Assembly: GCA_043732485.1 (NCBI GenBank)
Contig: JAYTHP010000060.1
Location: 1 to 15,932, forward strand
DNA length: 15,932 nt
From: Oligoflexia bacterium
GTDB taxonomy: Bacteria; Bdellovibrionota; UBA1018
Reading direction: 5' to 3'
Shown here one piece after another: positions 15,753 through 15,932 of this stretch (its first letter is position 1; each line of letters begins with the position of its first letter). A program made the position numbers and the translations under genes. A model generated the notes under the pieces. The model did not search any database. It was not told the origin of the DNA and saw only the letters and a program-made list of their open reading frames with translations.

Positions 15753-15932
15753 ATGTCTATGTTTGATCAATTGCAGGCGGTGGAGAATCGCTACTTAGAA
15801 ATCGAAAGTAGATTATCAGACCCTGAGATTGCCAACCGCCCCACCGAGCTAAGGAAATACGCCCAAGAGCATGCCTCGTTGCAAGAGATCATTGCCGAGT
15901 ATCGCAATCATAAAAAAATATCCTTACAAGTT
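15753..15932 (+). CDS. prfA: Peptide chain release factor 1, N-terminal fragment (runs off the window)
   Basis: Hand translation (MS)MFDQLQAVENRYLEIESRLSDPEIANRPTELRKYAQEHASLQEIIAEY fits the RF1 N-terminus, and rho-rpmE-prfA is a known gene order. The start is ATG 15753 or 15759. Confidence 0.88.
   Translation, partial: MSMFDQLQAVENRYLEIESRLSDPEIANRPTELRKYAQEHASLQEIIAEYRNHKKISLQV

Noticed and set aside
1..15932. CRISPR array, IS/integrase, prophage, tRNA, rRNA or defence system
   Set aside because: I saw no regularly spaced repeats, no transposase or integrase motifs and no tRNA cloverleaf. Every long ORF maps to a known core family.

Overview
Gene-dense core-genome window from a bacterium, most likely Bdellovibrionota or a related former-deltaproteobacterial lineage. 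This placement is inferred from the dnaX-recR-mglA order without mglB and the rho-rpmE-prfA order. Left to right: a translationally coupled M16B metallopeptidase pair (- strand; active HxxEH subunit plus a non-catalytic partner cut by the window edge); a divergent ftsQ-ftsA-ftsZ block detached from the mur/ddl genes; a convergent dnaX-recR-mglA operon (-); a GT87-family membrane glycosyltransferase (+); mltG (-); about 1.07 kb of non-coding DNA with a probable long rho leader; then rho, rpmE and the 5' end of prfA. I found no mobile element, CRISPR array, tRNA or rRNA, and I cannot support a wholly new multi-gene system. The best leads are an orphan MglA that keeps all catalytic residues, a rho leader with a rut-like tract, a nested palindrome/hairpin at 13327-13363, a G-quadruplex versus hairpin element at 10320-10402, an enlarged FtsQ, and recurring Pro/Ser/Ala-rich insertions in conserved proteins. 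All calls come from reading motifs by eye; no database search was run.
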